Positions 60,382 through 64,000 of a DNA stretch of 64,000 nucleotides are shown in pieces. The number at the start of each line of letters is the position of its first letter. Position 1 is the first letter of the stretch. This DNA is from the human T2T-CHM13v2.0 reference genome, Homo sapiens, in the NCBI GenBank assembly GCA_009914755.4, contig CP068257.2:40384001-40448000 (forward strand), given 5' to 3'. The notes beneath the pieces are model-generated. The model saw only the letters and a list, made by a program, of their open reading frames with translations. It searched no databases and had not been told where the DNA came from. The position numbers and the translations under genes are program-made.

Positions 60382-62802
60382 TGAGTTTGTCATTGGATCA
60401 CCTCCCTTGGGAGGAAGTCTTGCCCTGGGGATGTAGGAACAAGAACTAACATGCTCAGTGCCTCCTAACAGCCCCACTTTACCTAGTGTGTCAATTCCCC
60501 ACAGACAAGTAAACTGAGGCCCAGGAAGCATCGTTGCCTGAGGTTGCCGAGTTGATAAGCAAAGGTCTCAGTCCCTGTGGACTCAGAGCCTGGGCTTCTC
60601 CCCTGGGACCCTGCAGCTCCACCGGCAGTTATTCCAATTCTTCCTCAGGTGTTGGAGGCTTGTATGGAAACTCCTTGCTTCTGTCTCTCGCTCAGCCCTT
60701 AGAAAACCTCCAAGAGATGGCCACTCCTGCCTGTGGTGCAGAGAACGCCCAGGCAGAAGACCCTTGGAGGCTCAGACAGAGAACTCACTGCACTTTCAGT
60801 CATCCTGGGCTGGCTCCCCGGCCCCTCTCACGTTCTTTATGGATTTGACCCAAAGTCTTCCAGATGGATGGAGCTGTGGGCACTGAGTCTGGGAATGTCT
60901 CAGCCCACCTTGGCTCCCTTCTCCAGCAGGAGTGGAGGTGTGTGATGTCAAACAGGCCCAGCCTCTCTCTCAGACCCGGTTCTGGGCCCACACAGCCCCT
61001 TCTTCCTGAAAGCAGAGGTGGCAGTAAGAGGATGGCTTTGGCCTTTGAATGTTCTCAAGCGATCCAAGTTCAGAGTATACTGTTGCTGTCCTCTGTCCCT
61101 GAAGCTTCTCTCCTACTCCTTGGACAAACTCACTTCTCCCCTCAGGGACTTCTCTCATGTAGCAGAGTGTACACCTGCTGCCCCAGCAAGGCCTTCACAA
61201 TGATCCAAGCCTGGCCTGTTGCTCCAGCTTCTGGAACCTCCCATGGCCTTCGGTCTACTTGAATGCTCCTGAGGCCAGGTAGCTCATCACTGCCGGAGGA
61301 CCTGTTGCCACTCACTTCTAGCCACAAGAAATGTCTGCCTGTCCTGAGCAAAACCCACCTTGGAGGAACTTCTTTACTCCCTTGTTGAATTTTTGGCTCT
61401 ACCAAATAAACATGAATTGCTTCCCTGTGAAAGACCTCCAAACACTTTCCTCTGCCTGTGTGTTGTTCATCAGTGGTGTAGCCGAATCCAGGGCGAGGAG
61501 GACCTGCATTTTAGCTGGTGTTAACCAGAGTGGAGGGAGGATTAGGAGTGGCCTTTGGGTGGACAGGAGGTATGACAGGCTGCAGATGGTGGACCAAGCC
61601 TTGCTGTGCCCCCGACCCAGCTCGACATGCACACGTGGGTGGTTCTGGCTCCCTGGGTGGGAAGAATGGTGGGGTGGGTGGGCATTGTGAGCCTGGCAAC
61701 CAGACCCCACGGAATAGCAGGGAGGAGGAGGAAGGAGGACGCCCTCCAAGAAACAGTGGAGTGAAACCTTAGTGCCTACTTCACAGCCCATCTGGGGTCT
61801 CTCCCTGCTTGCTTCTGGGCAGAGGGTGTCCATTATACCACAAGCACAACCTTGAAATGTGCTGGAGCAGGAAGTCGCGCAGGACCTCATTCCCCAGGAC
61901 TTTCCATACATGAGGAATGCAGGGCTGAGCAGGTGAGATGCGGCGGTGGGAGGCATGCCGCCTGCTCCCTCTCCTGATTCACTGGGGTTTTGGGCTGCAG
62001 GCAGTCAGAAGGTCTCATTTTGGGGGGTTCTCAGCAATAGATGGGGATACAGTAGGAGGGCAAAGTCACAGAAATTCTCTGCTGGAACTCCAAGACGCAG
62101 GGGCTGGGAACCGTCTGCAGGACCCAGACCCAGAGTTGGACCAGGATTAAAGGTGGTGGGGGGTGTGGGGTGCCGAATGTGAAGAACAGAACGGAAGTGC
62201 AGGAAGACAGCCCGACCTCCAGGAGACACCATCACTCTCGGTGTTTCCCTCCCTGTGTTTCTTTCTTCCAAGAAAGGGTATTTCCAAGAGGACAGATTGG
62301 TTGACCAAAAGGCCATTTTATTTCTACTTTATAAAAATAGATGAAAGGAGACTTGAAATTATTTTGCCTCTTACATCACTGGGTTTGGGTTCTGGAAGTC
62401 CCTGGAGGGTGCGCCTGTAGCCCAGACTTCACAGGTAGACATGGAGGTCATGCAGGTCACATGGCTGGTTGACACCTGTAAAGCTATGATGGCCAAGCAG
62501 AACTTTGCCGGGTATCTCTGGTCCTATTCCCTCCCCCGGGTCATCTGCCTCCCTCCTGGAATTGATTGATTAAGTGCTATCCCTCCATTTCGTCTAATAG
62601 ACCACAGGAAGGATAGGCCAAACAAGAAGGGCCTACTTCAACTTACAAGTCAAGTCACGGTTTCAGAACACCTTATCTCCAACCTCTGTCCTCACCACAA
62701 GCCAGCCCGACAATGTCCTCATCCGATTTTCTCAAAAGAGTTTGGGCGATCTTGAGGGCAAATCCCATTAAATATCTGTACCCAGTCTAGCATCCAGAGT
62801 TG

Positions 62803-62897
62803 TCAGCGTTCGTGAGCAAACAGATCTCAGAGGCATCAGTGTTCGTGAGCAAACAGATCTCAGAGGCGTCAGCATTCGTGAGCAAACAGATCTCATT
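62803..62897. repeat. Tandem repeat: 33-bp unit (gttcgtgagcaaacagatctcagaggcRtcagY), about 2.8 copies
   Basis: cgttcgtgagcaaacagatctcagaggcatcagtgttcgtgagcaaacagatctcagaggcgtcagcattcgtgagcaaacagatctcattc. The plus-strand ORF shows the repeating 11-aa VSKQISEASAF. Confidence 0.9.
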
Positions 62898-63089
62898 CTT
62901 AGTGAGAGTGCTTCTCCTCTGGAAGCTCTTGAGGAGACACCCTCCTTACATCTTCCAGCTGCAGGTGTTACCGGCAAACCGTGGTGCGCCTTGGCTCACA
63001 GCCACATCTCTCCAACCTCTGCCTCCTCGGAGTCCTTTTCTGTCACTTAGAAGGACGCTGTCCCTGGATTCGGGGCAATGCTAGGGCAG

Positions 63090-63185
63090 GATGATCTCAT
63101 CTCTGACCTTACATCTGCAACAGCCCTTTCCAAATAAGGTCCCATCCTAAGATTCTGGGTGGACATGAATTTTGAGGAGACACCA
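63090..63185 (+). mobile_element. 3'-terminal fragment of a MaLR/MLT1-like LTR
   Basis: gatctcatctctgaccttacatctgcaacagccctttccaaataaggtcccatcctaagattctgggtggacatgaattttgaggagacaccattc matches the MLT1-type 3' end (...acatctgcaaagaccctatttccaaataaggtcacattctgaggtactgggggttaggacttcaacatatgaatttt...). Confidence 0.6.
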
Positions 63186-64000
63186 TTCGAACATATCTTT
63201 GTATCTCTTCCTTCTCAGGGTGTGTCCTACCCCCTCACAGCTTATTCTTTTTCCCTTCAAACACTCTGTTGAGACCCTTACACGAGGCGGTTTCCCCAGA
63301 CACCGCACAGATCTCTCCTCCCTAACGAGTTCCGCAGACTCTCTGGAAGTCTGGCTGGAAATGCTGCTCTCCCTTTTTCCTTCTGGGATGGAAAAACGCT
63401 CCCAATGGCTCCACCAGTCAGTCAGTGAGACGTTCCAAACCGGTCTTTCCACTTGGGCTTCCTCATCTGTTTATCTTTTATTTATACAAGCCTCAAACCA
63501 CTGAACACTGCTTGGTAAACATTCCCTCATTTACTATGCAAATGTTAGCACGGGGGCCCACGCCCGCCCTTCCCCAGGAAAGCCACTGAGTGCTGAATGC
63601 GGATGGACTTTCTTCACATTCTTTGGGGTTTTCGGAAAGGGTATGTTTTTCCTAACGTCACTTCAAATGTATTTCTTAACAAAAACCTCCTAACCTTTGG
63701 AAAATGGAAAAGAAGTTACTCATCTGAAAGGAAACTCCAAGTTTTTAGGACCTCTACCAAACCCCTGAGTGACTGCGGTCACCTCGCCTGCCAGCATGCT
63801 AAGAAGGCATTGTCTTGCCACAGGGCTGGGTTTCTGCCAGCGATTTCTGCAACATGTTATGTCTGGGTTATGTATTTGAATTCCCGGCCAGGATTTTCTG
63901 GTGGGTCTCCCTACCCTCCATGAAAGAGTCCCTGTGCAGTGCCAGCCCTGCATCATGGTTCTTGCAACGACTGAGCATTCTGCACGCCTGGAAATGTGGA

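Overview
This window is human (primate) nuclear genomic DNA, not a prokaryotic locus. It contains at least 23 Alu SINEs with A-rich tails and target-site duplications, MIR SINEs, L1 LINE fragments and THE1/MST/MLT1-type MaLR LTRs. There is a 2.1-kb CpG island, and recognisable interspersed repeats occupy at least a quarter of the sequence. The supplied six-frame ORF track is almost entirely artefactual here: most ORFs fall in the GC-rich CpG island, in GT-repeat or minisatellite DNA, or inside L1 ORF2 remnants.

The one confident protein-coding feature is on the minus strand at 1-340. It is the ATG-containing exon of a BTB/POZ zinc-finger gene, preceded by a canonical polypyrimidine-AG acceptor and encoding a BTB domain (MEGLLHYINPAHAISLLSALNEERLKGQLCDVLLIVGDQKFRAHKNVLAASSEYFQSLF...). 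I recognise this as the N-terminus of human ZBTB21 (ZNF295) on chr21q22.3; this is from memory and not verified. The exon runs off the window start. The rest of the window would then be ZBTB21 intron 1 (341 to about 16483), its CpG-island promoter with a non-coding first exon (about 15290-17440, with a minus-strand GT donor at 16489/16488), and the upstream intergenic region toward UMODL1. No rRNA, tRNA, CRISPR array or operon-like organisation was seen.

The most notable non-genic structures are:
- a full-length THE1 element (LTR-internal-LTR) at 990-3308;
- a roughly 1.4-kb GT-rich complex minisatellite with a 96-bp higher-order repeat, flanked by 250-bp direct duplicates, plus a chain of nested local duplications (32643-36100);
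- a 24-bp, roughly 17-copy VNTR (47709-48115);
- a 19-bp CpG-containing minisatellite (30577-30682);
- a 33-bp tandem repeat (62803-62897);
- two tightly spaced inverted Alu pairs;
- an old L1 3' end interrupted by a younger L1;
- a short non-repetitive segment with unusual CpG retention (24694-24918).

All coordinates are hand-derived and approximate to about 5-10 bp.
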